Part shown: positions 9,435 to 17,800 of the stretch, piece after piece | Layout of the letters: each line of letters starts with the position of its first letter | Position numbering within the stretch: position 1 is the first letter of the stretch | Source: Opitutales bacterium | GTDB lineage: Bacteria; Verrucomicrobiota; Verrucomicrobiia; Opitutales; Intestinicryptomonadaceae | DNA: 32,000 nt | Assembly: GCA_031553045.1 (NCBI GenBank) | Contig: JAVBLZ010000006.1 | Location: 580,522 to 612,521, forward strand | Direction of reading: 5' to 3' | Position numbers and translations under genes: made by a program | Notes under the pieces: generated by a model | Databases searched by the model: none | What the model saw: the letters and a program-made list of their open reading frames with translations, nothing else | Told to the model about the DNA's origin: nothing

Positions 9435-10521
9435 ATTTATTATATCTTGCGGCGGAACAGGCGGGCATCTTGCTCCTGGTATTGCTATCGGACAGGCGCT
9501 CTTGGCAAAAGGCAATGAGGTCATATTTGTTATCAGTCAAAAAGAAATAGATTCAAAACTGATTAAAAAATATACTGACTTTAAAATTTATAGGACGCCT
9601 GGTGCGCCATTTTCCTGGAATCCCATCAAGCTTTTGAAATTTGTGTATCAACACACAAAATCCACCTTTCTCATGCTCTATATAATGAGGAAAGAAAAAT
9701 GCGATGTTGCAATGACATTTGGAGGATTCACATCTATTGGGTTATCTCTTTCGGCACAAATTTTGCGCATACCTTTAATTTTGCATGAGTCTAATCGCAA
9801 AGCCGGAAAAGCGGTAAAAGTTTTGGGAAGATTTGCGTATAGGGTATATGTGCCTTTCGGCGTGCATATAAACCGCAGAAAAGCCGGCGTCATCAAGCAT
9901 GCGGGCTATCCAATCAGAGAGGAAATTAAGAAAATCCCCGAAGATGAAGCCAAAGATTTTTTTGGTTTTGACAAGAACGCAAACGTGCTTTTGGTGCTTG
10001 GCGGAAGCCAAGGCGCAAGGGCTTTGAATAATTGGGCGAGTGTAAATTTTGACAAGCTTGCCTTGCAAAATATAGATGTGCTTTGCATATGCGGCCCAGG
10101 CAACGCTTCTTATTCCGGGTCTGAAGCAATGGGTTCTGACGGCAGAATGCACAAAATTAAATATATGGAATTTTGCGACAATATGAGTGCGGCAATGTCT
10201 TCTGCAAAAGTCGGAATTGCGAGGGCTGGCGCAGGTACGATAGCTGAATTTGCACGTTGTAAGTTGCCCAGTATACTTGTGCCCTTCCCCCATTCCGCAG
10301 ATGATCACCAGCTTGAAAACGCCAGATGTTTTGAAAAACAAGGCTCATCTATACTCGTAGAACAGCGCAATTTGAATGAGCTCTTTGACGAAGCCGTCAA
10401 CATGATGAAAAATGAAAAATTACGTTCAATGATGTTAAAAAATTTAGAACGTGTTGATGATCTTAACGACATAGATAAAATTGTTTCCGACCTGACTCTT
10501 ATAGCCCACGGAAAGGCGTAA
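9427..10521 (+). CDS. murG: UDP-N-acetylglucosamine--N-acetylmuramyl-(pentapeptide) pyrophosphoryl-undecaprenol GlcNAc transferase (MurG)
   Basis: GGTGGHLAPGIAI N-terminal motif, GGSQGA, and a C-terminal HQLENA region. Overlaps the ftsW end by 8 nt. Confidence 0.9.
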   Translation: MSKFIISCGGTGGHLAPGIAIGQALLAKGNEVIFVISQKEIDSKLIKKYTDFKIYRTPGAPFSWNPIKLLKFVYQHTKSTFLMLYIMRKEKCDVAMTFGGFTSIGLSLSAQILRIPLILHESNRKAGKAVKVLGRFAYRVYVPFGVHINRRKAGVIKHAGYPIREEIKKIPEDEAKDFFGFDKNANVLLVLGGSQGARALNNWASVNFDKLALQNIDVLCICGPGNASYSGSEAMGSDGRMHKIKYMEFCDNMSAAMSSAKVGIARAGAGTIAEFARCKLPSILVPFPHSADDHQLENARCFEKQGSSILVEQRNLNELFDEAVNMMKNEKLRSMMLKNLERVDDLNDIDKIVSDLTLIAHGKA

Positions 10522-10523
10522 TT

Positions 10524-11741
10524 ATGCCTCGGAAAATTTACATGGGCGGAATTTGCGGCATGGGCATGGCGCCATTGGCGCTTTTTTTAAAGGCTGAAAG
10601 TTTTGACGTTTTTGGCTATGATGATTCCGCAAATTTGAATGTAAAAAGCCTTTTGGAAAATTCTGGAATAAAAGTTTCAAATGCTTTTGAGCGTTCAAAT
10701 TTAGACTCTGCTGAAGCTTTCATAATTTCTTCCGCACTTGCCGCAAAGGTTGAAAATTTCAATTCAGAAAAAGTCATACGCAGGGGTGAATATCTTGCTA
10801 AAATTTGTGCTACCAGAAGGCTTGTTGCCGTAGCGGGCAGCCACGGTAAAAGCTCTGTAACAAGCATGCTTTCTTACGCCATAGATGCTGAAAAAAAAGA
10901 AAATTGCGGATACATAATAGGCGCTTTGCCGACAAATTTTCCACCTGCTAAACACTGCAAAAATGAAGACTTTCTTATCGCCGAAATTGACGAGAGCGAT
11001 GGCACTATAGAAAATTTCTATCCTGAAATTACAGTGGCGTTGAATTCTGATTTGGACCATACCGACAAATATCAGGATAAATCGCACATAGAGCGCATGT
11101 TTGAACGTCTCTTTGCCAGAACAAGAAAAACCATAATACTTTTGGAAGGCGATGAAGCTTTGCTGAGTGCTGCAAAAAAATCTGGCAAAAATATAATTAC
11201 CGTAAAAAAACAGGCTGAATTTATTTCTACAAATGAGCTTTTTGCAAGAAAGGCGTTTGAAGAAATTTTTAAAACGCCCCTCAGCCAAGATATTTTCAAA
11301 AATTTCAAGGGTATAATAAGGCGTCAAGAAATTTTAAAGTCTGATGAAAAGCTTACCGTCATTGCAGATTACGCACACCACCCTGCTGAAGTTGACGCAT
11401 TTCTCGGCTGGATGGATTCACGGTTTAGCGAACGTAAAATAATAATATTTCAACCGCATAGATATTCGCGTACAAAATTTTTTGCAAAAGATTTTGCGGA
11501 AATTTTGTCAGGCAGAAATAACACAAAAACTTACCTTTGCAACGTATATCCGGCGAGCGAGCCTTTTGATTCTGAAGGAACATCTGAAAAAATTTTGGAA
11601 TACGCCTCAGACATCACCCTGCTTGACTCCGACAAAAATTTGTCAGATATTTTTGAGGATGCAAAAAAATCTTCGGATAAAATTTGCATCGCCATAGTAG
11701 GCGCAGGCGACATATATTTTAAAGCCAAAAAAAATTTATGA
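10524..11741 (+). CDS. murC: UDP-N-acetylmuramate--L-alanine ligase (MurC), short form (405 aa)
   Basis: GICGMGMAPLALFL Rossmann N-terminus, P-loop GSHGKSS, EIDESDGT, LNSDLDHTDKY, DYAHHPAEV and FQPHRYSRT. It lies between murG and ddl. Confidence 0.85.
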   Translation: MPRKIYMGGICGMGMAPLALFLKAESFDVFGYDDSANLNVKSLLENSGIKVSNAFERSNLDSAEAFIISSALAAKVENFNSEKVIRRGEYLAKICATRRLVAVAGSHGKSSVTSMLSYAIDAEKKENCGYIIGALPTNFPPAKHCKNEDFLIAEIDESDGTIENFYPEITVALNSDLDHTDKYQDKSHIERMFERLFARTRKTIILLEGDEALLSAAKKSGKNIITVKKQAEFISTNELFARKAFEEIFKTPLSQDIFKNFKGIIRRQEILKSDEKLTVIADYAHHPAEVDAFLGWMDSRFSERKIIIFQPHRYSRTKFFAKDFAEILSGRNNTKTYLCNVYPASEPFDSEGTSEKILEYASDITLLDSDKNLSDIFEDAKKSSDKICIAIVGAGDIYFKAKKNL

Positions 11742-12664
11742 AGACACCAAGAGTTGCAGTTTTATGCGGGGGAATCTCTCCTGAAAGAGACGTTTCTATC
11801 GTCAGTGGAAAACACGTATTTGAAGCTTTGCAAAAAAATTTTTGCGCAAGACTTTTTACGCTTGATGAAAACAAAGTGCCTGAAGAAATTAACGCAGAAG
11901 AATACATAGTTTACCCTGCAATGCACGGCGATTACGGCGAAAATGGCGACTTGCAGGCGAATCTGGATTTTCTCGGCATAGAATACGCCGGCAGTGGAGA
12001 GCTGTCCAGCAGAGTTTGCATGGTCAAACCCGCAGCAAAAGCGCTAATTAAAAGCATAGGCTTGCCTGTGGCAAAAGAGTTTATCTTCAGCGCTGAAAAT
12101 AAACCTTCTGCGGAAATATTGCTCAATTCTTTAGGGTCTTCAATAATACTCAAGCCTGCCGACAAGGGCAGCAGCGTGGGATTATCTAGAATTCAAAACT
12201 TGTCTGAAGCAAAAGACGCATTGGGAAATATTTCCAACGGAATGTGGCTTGCGGAAGAATTTTTTATCGGCAGAGAACTCTCTGTGGGGGTAATAGACGG
12301 CAAGGCTGCGGGTATTGTAGAAATAAAGCCTGAGGGCGGCGTTTATGATTTTAAACGCAAATACACTGCCGGACAAACAGTTTATGAATTCCCCGCAAAG
12401 TTGGAAAAACATCATGAAGACATGATTAAATCTGCGGCGCAAAAAGCTTATAAGGTTTGCGCTTGTCGTGATTTTTGCAGAATTGATTTTCTCATAAATA
12501 CGCAAAACAATACTTTTATTGTGATAGAAATTAACACTCTGCCAGGAATGACCCCAACCAGCCTTTTGCCAAAAAGTGCTAGCTGCATCGGCTTGGATTT
12601 TGAAAAACTTTGCGCACACCTAATAGCACCCGCCATACAAAGATTCTCGGAAAAGCATTTTTAA
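11738..12664 (+). CDS. ddl: D-alanine--D-alanine ligase
   Basis: ATP-grasp protein with VAVLCGGISPERDVSIVSG at the N-terminus and EINTLPGMT near the C-terminus. The start overlaps the murC stop (ATGA at 11738-11741). Confidence 0.9.
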   Translation: MKTPRVAVLCGGISPERDVSIVSGKHVFEALQKNFCARLFTLDENKVPEEINAEEYIVYPAMHGDYGENGDLQANLDFLGIEYAGSGELSSRVCMVKPAAKALIKSIGLPVAKEFIFSAENKPSAEILLNSLGSSIILKPADKGSSVGLSRIQNLSEAKDALGNISNGMWLAEEFFIGRELSVGVIDGKAAGIVEIKPEGGVYDFKRKYTAGQTVYEFPAKLEKHHEDMIKSAAQKAYKVCACRDFCRIDFLINTQNNTFIVIEINTLPGMTPTSLLPKSASCIGLDFEKLCAHLIAPAIQRFSEKHF

Positions 12665-13545
12665 TGAAAGATAAAAGGACAAAGTCTCAATCTTGGAAAG
12701 ATTTGAAGAATGTGGACGACTCTAAAAAAAAGCGCCCCATATCCGGCCGCGCCCGTTGGAAGTTTGTCGGCAAAATCTTTAATAAGTTCCTGATTTTTCT
12801 TTTTATTTTTGTAATTGCGGGGGTGCTCTATTTCGCCTATAATTCAGGGTTTGTGGGGGATATATTAAGCCCAAAAACAGACAGGGTTAAATTCTTTGAC
12901 TATTCTACAAACGGTTGCATAAGCAAAGATTGGGCGTACAAATATATTGATTATCCAAAGAGTGAATCTCTCTCAAAGATAGATATTTTTTTTATAAAAA
13001 AAATATTGGAGGACATAGGTCAAATTAGATATGCGGAAGTTAAAAAAGTTTATCCCAATACCCTCAAAGTTGAAATTTTGGAGCATGAGCCAATGGCGAG
13101 AATTTCGACAAAAATAAATTCTCAGATTGAAACATTTATAATGTCGACCGAGGGTAAATTCTTTAAACCCGTCTGCATCCCCGATGACCAAATAAACACC
13201 CTGCCCTACATAGGCGGCATTAAAATGGTCTTCGCAAACGGTCTGCCTATGGACTATCCCATGGCATCAAGGGTTAAAGAATTTTTAAACGCCGCTAACG
13301 AAAAATATCAAAAAATTGCCGCAAGTTGGAATATCATAGATTTGTCGGAACTTTCACGCCTGACAGTACCCGTCATAACCGTAACAACAAAAGACAACCT
13401 CAAAATAATTTTTGCCGCCAAAGATTATGAAAAACAGCTTGAAAGACTCGATTATATTTTGAAGTATGAAAAGGAAAATCCGCAACACACTTTTTTGCAG
13501 ATAGATTTGTCTCTTAAAAACAGGGCGGATGTTAAAGTCAAATAA
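12664..13545 (+). CDS. ftsQ: Cell division protein FtsQ (bitopic, POTRA-containing)
   Basis: Basic N-terminus, a single TM segment FLIFLFIFVIAGVLYFAY, then a POTRA-like region (IRYAEVKKVYPNTLKVEILEHEP). It lies between ddl and ftsA. I chose the ATG at 12664 (TAATG overlap with the ddl stop) rather than the ORF-track ATG at 12610, which lies inside ddl. Confidence 0.8.
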   Translation: MKDKRTKSQSWKDLKNVDDSKKKRPISGRARWKFVGKIFNKFLIFLFIFVIAGVLYFAYNSGFVGDILSPKTDRVKFFDYSTNGCISKDWAYKYIDYPKSESLSKIDIFFIKKILEDIGQIRYAEVKKVYPNTLKVEILEHEPMARISTKINSQIETFIMSTEGKFFKPVCIPDDQINTLPYIGGIKMVFANGLPMDYPMASRVKEFLNAANEKYQKIAASWNIIDLSELSRLTVPVITVTTKDNLKIIFAAKDYEKQLERLDYILKYEKENPQHTFLQIDLSLKNRADVKVK

Positions 13546-13546
13546 A

Positions 13547-14746
13547 ATGGATGACAGTAAGACAATAGCGGCACTTGATATTGGCACGGGCAAAATGCTT
13601 GCGCTAATCGGGGAAATTATAGACGGCAAAAAATTGAATATTCTCTCTTACGGGATAAACCCTTCGGCAGAAATTAAAAAGGGAGACATTCTTGATTTGC
13701 GTAAAGCCGCACAGTCGGCGCAGGCGGCAATTTCAAATGCGGAAAAGACCACCAGCGCATCAATCAAAGAAATTTGTCTTGGAATAAGCGGCACGCACAT
13801 AGACGGGTTCAGAAATATTGGCACGGCAACTGTCAGCAGTTCAGACGGCGCTGTCAACAAGGCGGACATGCAACGCGCCTGCGAAGACGCTCAAAGCAAA
13901 ACAATTTCTGAAGACAGAGTTTTTATACACAATATTTGCTGCGGATATTATATAGATGGCGAATATGTTTCAGACCCTCTCGGCAAAAAAGGCACAACTC
14001 TTGAAGCGGAATTTTTCATGGTTCATGCGGACAGGGAACGTATCAAAGACGCAATGCATCTTGTGCAAAGTTTTGGCATGGAAGTTGACCAGTTGATGTT
14101 AAACGCACTCGCTTCAGCAAGGGTTGTTACAACGCCTCAACAACGTCATGACGGCGTTTTGGTAATGGATATAGGCTGCGGAACTACAGATTTTGCCTTC
14201 ATAAAACACGGTAGGATTTTCTATGCGGGTGTCGTACCTATCGGCGGAGACCATCTTACAAATGACCTTTCTTTTGGTCTTCAAATGAGCAGAAAAAATG
14301 CGGAAAAACTAAAACTAAGATTCGGCAAACTCATATTGACGGATGAGGAAAAATTGGCGCTAATTGCCACTGAAGGCGATAGACAAATCGGCGATAGAGA
14401 TATACCGCTTGAAGCAATTTCAAAGATTCTCAACCTAAGAATGGATGAACTTTTCTCAATAGTAAGATACAAACTTGAAGAATTTTTCTTAGATTCGGAA
14501 GTGCGTGAAATTGTGATTACGGGGATGTCTTCAAACCTGTCCGGGATAAATCAGGCGGCTGAACGCTTCTTCCAAGTCAGGTGTGAGGCGGCAAAATTTG
14601 GGTCTCAATTTCCATCAACACTTTGCCATCCTGAAAATGCGGCGGTGCTTGGCATACTTGAATACGGGCTTTCAAAAGCGCCCCTTTCAGACAAAGCTTC
14701 GGGGAAATCCATAACTAAAAAAATCATAAACATATTCAAAAAGTAA
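13547..14746 (+). CDS. ftsA: Cell division protein FtsA (actin-like ATPase)
   Basis: AALDIGTGK and VMDIGCGTTDF phosphate-binding motifs, plus a C-terminal amphipathic KKIINIFKK. I prefer the ATG at 13547, 2 nt after the ftsQ stop. The upstream ATG at 13529 is also possible. Confidence 0.85.
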   Translation: MDDSKTIAALDIGTGKMLALIGEIIDGKKLNILSYGINPSAEIKKGDILDLRKAAQSAQAAISNAEKTTSASIKEICLGISGTHIDGFRNIGTATVSSSDGAVNKADMQRACEDAQSKTISEDRVFIHNICCGYYIDGEYVSDPLGKKGTTLEAEFFMVHADRERIKDAMHLVQSFGMEVDQLMLNALASARVVTTPQQRHDGVLVMDIGCGTTDFAFIKHGRIFYAGVVPIGGDHLTNDLSFGLQMSRKNAEKLKLRFGKLILTDEEKLALIATEGDRQIGDRDIPLEAISKILNLRMDELFSIVRYKLEEFFLDSEVREIVITGMSSNLSGINQAAERFFQVRCEAAKFGSQFPSTLCHPENAAVLGILEYGLSKAPLSDKASGKSITKKIINIFKK

Positions 14747-14750
14747 AGTT

Positions 14751-15989
14751 ATGGATTTTGCATCAATAGACAATTCAAGCGCCACAAACTTAAAAATAAA
14801 GGTCATAGGCGTTGGCGGCGCAGGCTGCAATGCACTTTACAAACTGATGATGGAAAATATCGACGGCGTGGAATTTTGCGCCATTGATACAGATTCAAAA
14901 ATGCTTGAACAATCTACTGCTCAAGAAAAAATTTTGATAGGGAAGCGCACTACCAGAGGCATGAGCTCCGGCGGGAATTCAAATATAGGAATGAAGTCCG
15001 CGATGGAAGATTCTGACGCAATCAAAAGTTCCATAGGTGCGGTGGATTTGCTTTTTATTATAACGGGTCTTGGCGGCGGCACGGGAAGCGGGGCTGCGCC
15101 TGTCATTGCAAAACAGGCTTATTCTCAGGGCACTAAGGTTATTACATTCTGTACGTTACCCTTTGAAATTGAGGGCACTCAGAAAAAGGCCGAAGCCATT
15201 GCAGGATTGAAATCTTTGTCAAATTCATGCGACGCAACAATACCATTGCCCAACGAAGTTTTGATTAAAAACTCCCCGCAAAATATGAATTTGATGGACG
15301 CTTTCCTCAAGGCGGATACCTGCATGAGCATAGCCGTAAGAAGCATTTCTACAATGCTTCTTAAAACAGGTCTTATCAATATAGACTTTGCCGTCATAAA
15401 ATCTTTGTTTGAAAATAAAAGCAAGAAGACGCTTTTTGGAATAGGCATTGGCATGGGGGAAAATTGCGTCGCCGATGCGCTTGATGATTTGATAAAATGT
15501 CCACTGCTGAATCTGCCCCAGCCTTCTGAAAAGGCGGATAGTCTTTTGGTAAATGTAACTTGCGCCGCCGGTCTGGGGATGAATAAGCTTCAACACATAC
15601 TGGAATATATAGCAAATATTTTTTCCGCAAATGAGAAAGTGAGAATAGGCGCTACGATAGATGAAAGTTATTCAAACAAACTTGAAATTTGCGTATTGGG
15701 TGTAAGCGGCAGCACACCGTTGATTTCCGCCGCACAACAAATCCAGATTGAACCCGTTAAGCAACCCGTCCGTTATGAGGAGAACAAATCAAGACGCTCT
15801 AAAGTTGTCTCCAAAATCAAAAATAGAATTATGCGGGATAAATATAACAATGAAAACCAACAAATGTTCGCATTTGCAGAGACCGCACAGCAAAGAGGAT
15901 TTTTTGAAGATACCCCAAAAAATACTTGGATGAATGAAGACTTAGACGTGCCAACTTTCATGCGCAGAGGCATTAAAATACATATTTAA
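14751..15989 (+). CDS. ftsZ: Cell division GTPase FtsZ, highly divergent
   Basis: IKVIGVGGAGCNAL (T1), tubulin signature GLGGGTGSGAAPVIA (T4), GLINIDFAVIKSLF (T7), and a C-terminal FtsA-binding-type peptide DLDVPTFMRRG. It is the last gene of the dcw order. Confidence 0.85.
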   Translation: MDFASIDNSSATNLKIKVIGVGGAGCNALYKLMMENIDGVEFCAIDTDSKMLEQSTAQEKILIGKRTTRGMSSGGNSNIGMKSAMEDSDAIKSSIGAVDLLFIITGLGGGTGSGAAPVIAKQAYSQGTKVITFCTLPFEIEGTQKKAEAIAGLKSLSNSCDATIPLPNEVLIKNSPQNMNLMDAFLKADTCMSIAVRSISTMLLKTGLINIDFAVIKSLFENKSKKTLFGIGIGMGENCVADALDDLIKCPLLNLPQPSEKADSLLVNVTCAAGLGMNKLQHILEYIANIFSANEKVRIGATIDESYSNKLEICVLGVSGSTPLISAAQQIQIEPVKQPVRYEENKSRRSKVVSKIKNRIMRDKYNNENQQMFAFAETAQQRGFFEDTPKNTWMNEDLDVPTFMRRGIKIHI

Positions 15990-16100
15990 GCAAATATCTA
16001 AATTCTACAAAGCATATCAATTTTCTTTGTGGACTAAGAGATTGCGTATCGCTAGCCTTAAAGGCGTTTGTATAATGTTAATTCTTTAAAGGTTTTTATT

Positions 16101-17105
16101 ATGAATATGAAAAAATGGATTGAAGACATAAAGTCTTCCAAAGTTAAGAAGGCGATGCCCGTGCTTTCGTTTCCTTCCATAAAGCTGCTTGGCATAGGTG
16201 TAAAAGAACTTATCTTAAACAGTTCTTTGCAGGCAAAAGGTATGAAATTGATTGCCGACAGGGTTGACTCTTTGGCATCTGTGAGCATGATGGATTTATC
16301 TGTCGAGGCGGAAGCGTTTGGCTCTAAAATTAATTTTTCCGACGATGAAGTGCCAACTGTCATAGGACACATTGTTGACACACCCCAAAAGGCGGAAGCG
16401 TTGCAAGTGCCAAATGTTGGGACGGGTAGAACGGGTTTGTATATCAACGCCATTAAAGAGGCAAAAAATTTGATTACAGACAGACCCATATTTGCGGGAG
16501 TTATCGGTCCATTCTCTCTTGCAGGAAGGTTAATGGACGTTTCTGAAGCCATGATATATTGTTATGATGAGCCTGAAATGGTGCATACGGTACTAAATAA
16601 GGTTACACAGTTTTTGATAGAATATATTAAGGCTTATAAAAGCGCAGGCGCAGACGGTGTTGTGATTGCAGAGCCGCTTGCGGGCTTGCTTAATCCTGAA
16701 TTAAATTCGGAATTCTCCGTACCCTATGTCAGAAGAATCGTGGATGCGCTGCAAGACGACAGTTTTATTATAATATATCATAATTGCGGCAACGGCACTA
16801 TACAGCTTTTGGACGGAATATTGAAAGTTGGCGCAAGCGCCTACCATTTTGGGAATGCGATAGACATGCGTGAGATGCTCAAAAAAATACCGTCAGACAT
16901 AGTTGCAATGGGGAATGTTGACCCTGCTGGGGAGTTTAAAAACGGTACTGTTGAATCTATCACAAAAGTTACGAGAGAGCTTTTACAAGATTGCGACAAA
17001 TATCCAAATTTTGTGATTTCATCCGGTTGCGACATACCTCCGCAATCTAGCTGGGAAAACATAGACGCCTTTTTCAAAACAGTGTCTGATTTTTACAAAA
17101 AGTAA
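16101..17105 (+). CDS. Uroporphyrinogen decarboxylase (URO-D) family protein, MtaA/CmuA-like methyltransferase type
   Basis: By eye the sequence resembles URO-D/MtaA-family proteins of anaerobes (PVLSFPSIKLLG..., DLSVEAEAFGS, GADGVVIAEPLAG, HNCGN, SSGCDIPP). The ORF-track start at 16068 is a TTG that overlaps a TATAAT box at 16071-16076, so I use the ATG at 16101. The ATG at 16107 is also possible. Confidence 0.7.
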   Translation: MNMKKWIEDIKSSKVKKAMPVLSFPSIKLLGIGVKELILNSSLQAKGMKLIADRVDSLASVSMMDLSVEAEAFGSKINFSDDEVPTVIGHIVDTPQKAEALQVPNVGTGRTGLYINAIKEAKNLITDRPIFAGVIGPFSLAGRLMDVSEAMIYCYDEPEMVHTVLNKVTQFLIEYIKAYKSAGADGVVIAEPLAGLLNPELNSEFSVPYVRRIVDALQDDSFIIIYHNCGNGTIQLLDGILKVGASAYHFGNAIDMREMLKKIPSDIVAMGNVDPAGEFKNGTVESITKVTRELLQDCDKYPNFVISSGCDIPPQSSWENIDAFFKTVSDFYKK

Positions 17106-17117
17106 TAATCCCCATCC

Positions 17118-17145
17118 AGCCCTCTTTTCCGAGGGCTTTTTTTTT
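17118..17145 (+). terminator. Rho-independent terminator after the URO-D-like gene
   Basis: AGCCCTC (17118-17124) / loop TTTTCC / GAGGGCT (17131-17137), running into a T-run of 9, 13 nt after the stop codon. Confidence 0.85.
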
Positions 17146-17209
17146 CACCCAAGACACTGGGCTGTCTGTGCCTCTGGCACAGCATCAAAAAAAACCAACT
17201 TTAGAACTT

Positions 17210-17409
17210 AAAGAAAGTTTTTGGGAACACCCCCACACTTTAACAAAATAACGCTTACCTAATTAAAGTAAATTTTGGAAGCACATCTCACACTTTAACA
17301 AAACATCGCTTACCCAATTAAAGAAAGTTTTGGAAGCATACCCCACACTTTAACAAAACCTCACTTTAATAATTAAAGTAAATTTTGGAAGCACACCCCA
17401 CACTTTAAC
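17210..17409. repeat. Tandem array of 55-bp units (3 full units plus a 35-bp partial unit)
   Basis: Units occupy 17210-17264, 17265-17319, 17320-17374 and 17375-17409. The consensus is roughly AAAGWAARTTTTGGRARCACNCCCCACACTTTAACAAAAYANCGCTTACCYAATT. All parts of the unit are conserved, so there are no unique spacers. Confidence 0.9.
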
Positions 17410-17538
17410 GTTTTGGGAGTATGGTTTGGATGAAGAACAAGGCGCAAGAAAAATTGCGGGTCGTAGCGTACTGAATGTACGCAAGAGTCGTAATTTTTTG
17501 CAGCAACGCAGTTATTCGCCAAACAAGTCTCCCAAAAT
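17410..17538 (+). repeat. Rod-hairpin module copy i (imperfect palindrome, core type 1); candidate structured RNA or ERIC/Correia-like MITE
   Basis: The 5' arm GTTTTGGGAG-TATG-GTTTGG-AT-GAAGAAC pairs with the 3' arm GTTATTC-G-CCAAAC-AAGT-CTCCCAAAAT. The core contains the hairpin GCGTAC-TGAAT-GTACGC. The strand call is tentative. Confidence 0.6.
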
Positions 17539-17643
17539 TTGGCAGTACGGTTTGGATGAAGAACAAGGCGCAAGGGTGTGAGGCGGTGGGAGCGTACATA
17601 CGTACGTGACCAGTGCCGAAGCGCCCGCAGCAATGCAGTTATT
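17538..17643 (+). repeat. Rod-hairpin module copy ii (core type 2), 3' arm truncated at the duplication junction
   Basis: It starts inside the 3' arm of copy i (..CCCAAAATTTGGCAGTACGGTTTGGATGAAGAACAAGGCGCAAG). Its core is identical in type to copy iii. It ends at GCAGCAATGCAGTTATT followed by a T-run instead of CGCCAAAC. Confidence 0.55.
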
Positions 17644-17710
17644 TTTTTCTCAAGACACTAGGCTGTCTGTGCATCTGGCACAGCATCAAAAAAAACCAAC
17701 TTTAGAACTT

Positions 17711-17800
17711 AAAGAAAGTTTTTGAGAACACGCCCACACTTTAACAAAACATCGCTTACCCAATTAAAGTAAATTTTGGAAGCACACCCCACACTTTAAC
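17711..17800. repeat. Second copy of the 55-bp tandem repeat (1 full plus 1 partial unit)
   Basis: Unit 17711-17765 is a hybrid of array-A unit 1 (5' part) and unit 2 (3' part). The partial unit 17766-17800 is identical to 17375-17409. Confidence 0.9.

Noticed and set aside
9775-10341. Long antisense ORFs lie inside real genes: 758..1216, 3959..4417, 9775..10341, 10764..11327 and 12182..12619 (145-188 aa).
   Set aside because: I checked the phases. All five are codon-aligned with the sense gene, where antisense stops arise only from sense TTA/CTA/TCA codons. Their products are low-complexity and Cys/Phe/Arg-rich. This is a classic shadow-ORF artefact. The out-of-phase examples (16058..16552, 19815..20309) also lie fully inside well-supported genes.
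10524-12664. The absence of murB between murC and ddl, and the 4-nt murC/ddl overlap, might be unusual (compare the chlamydial MurC-Ddl fusion).
   Set aside because: The E. coli dcw cluster has the same murG-murC-ddl order without murB. The two ORFs here are separate, with their own stop and start. It is not anomalous on this evidence.
17166-17198. The hairpin CTGTGCC-TCT-GGCACAG followed by A8 (and its copy at 17667-17699) could be a terminator.
   Set aside because: On the plus strand it is followed by an A-run, and on the minus strand the T-run precedes the stem. The geometry is therefore wrong for an intrinsic terminator in either direction. I treat it as part of the duplicated repeat segment.
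17210-17409. The 55-bp periodic array could be read as a small CRISPR array.
   Set aside because: The segments between the best-conserved cores are conserved between units too (AAAAYANCGCTTACCYAATTAAAG), so there are no unique spacers. The period is short for repeat plus spacer, and there are no cas genes in the window.
17210-17409. Tandem short repeats resemble a type III toxin-antitoxin RNA antitoxin array (ToxI-like).
   Set aside because: Those arrays are followed by a terminator and a toxin ORF. Here the array runs into hairpin repeats, and the gap contains no credible protein gene on either strand.
17430-17474. A tiny conserved ORF starts in the module 5' arm. Copy i encodes MKNKAQEKLRVVAY (17430-17474). 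Copy iii encodes MKNKAQGCEAVGAYIRT (17821-17874), and copy ii the same.
   Set aside because: No ribosome-binding sequence precedes it, the ATG lies inside the predicted stem, and the two versions diverge after 6 codons because the core is swapped. Coding is not excluded but is unsupported.
17373-17633. Minus-strand ORFs of 86 aa (17373..17633) and 64 aa (17405..17599) in the intergenic gap.
   Set aside because: They run straight through the DNA repeats, which is why LRLVLHPN appears twice. They overlap each other in different frames and resemble no protein I know. They are most likely artefacts of repeated non-coding sequence.
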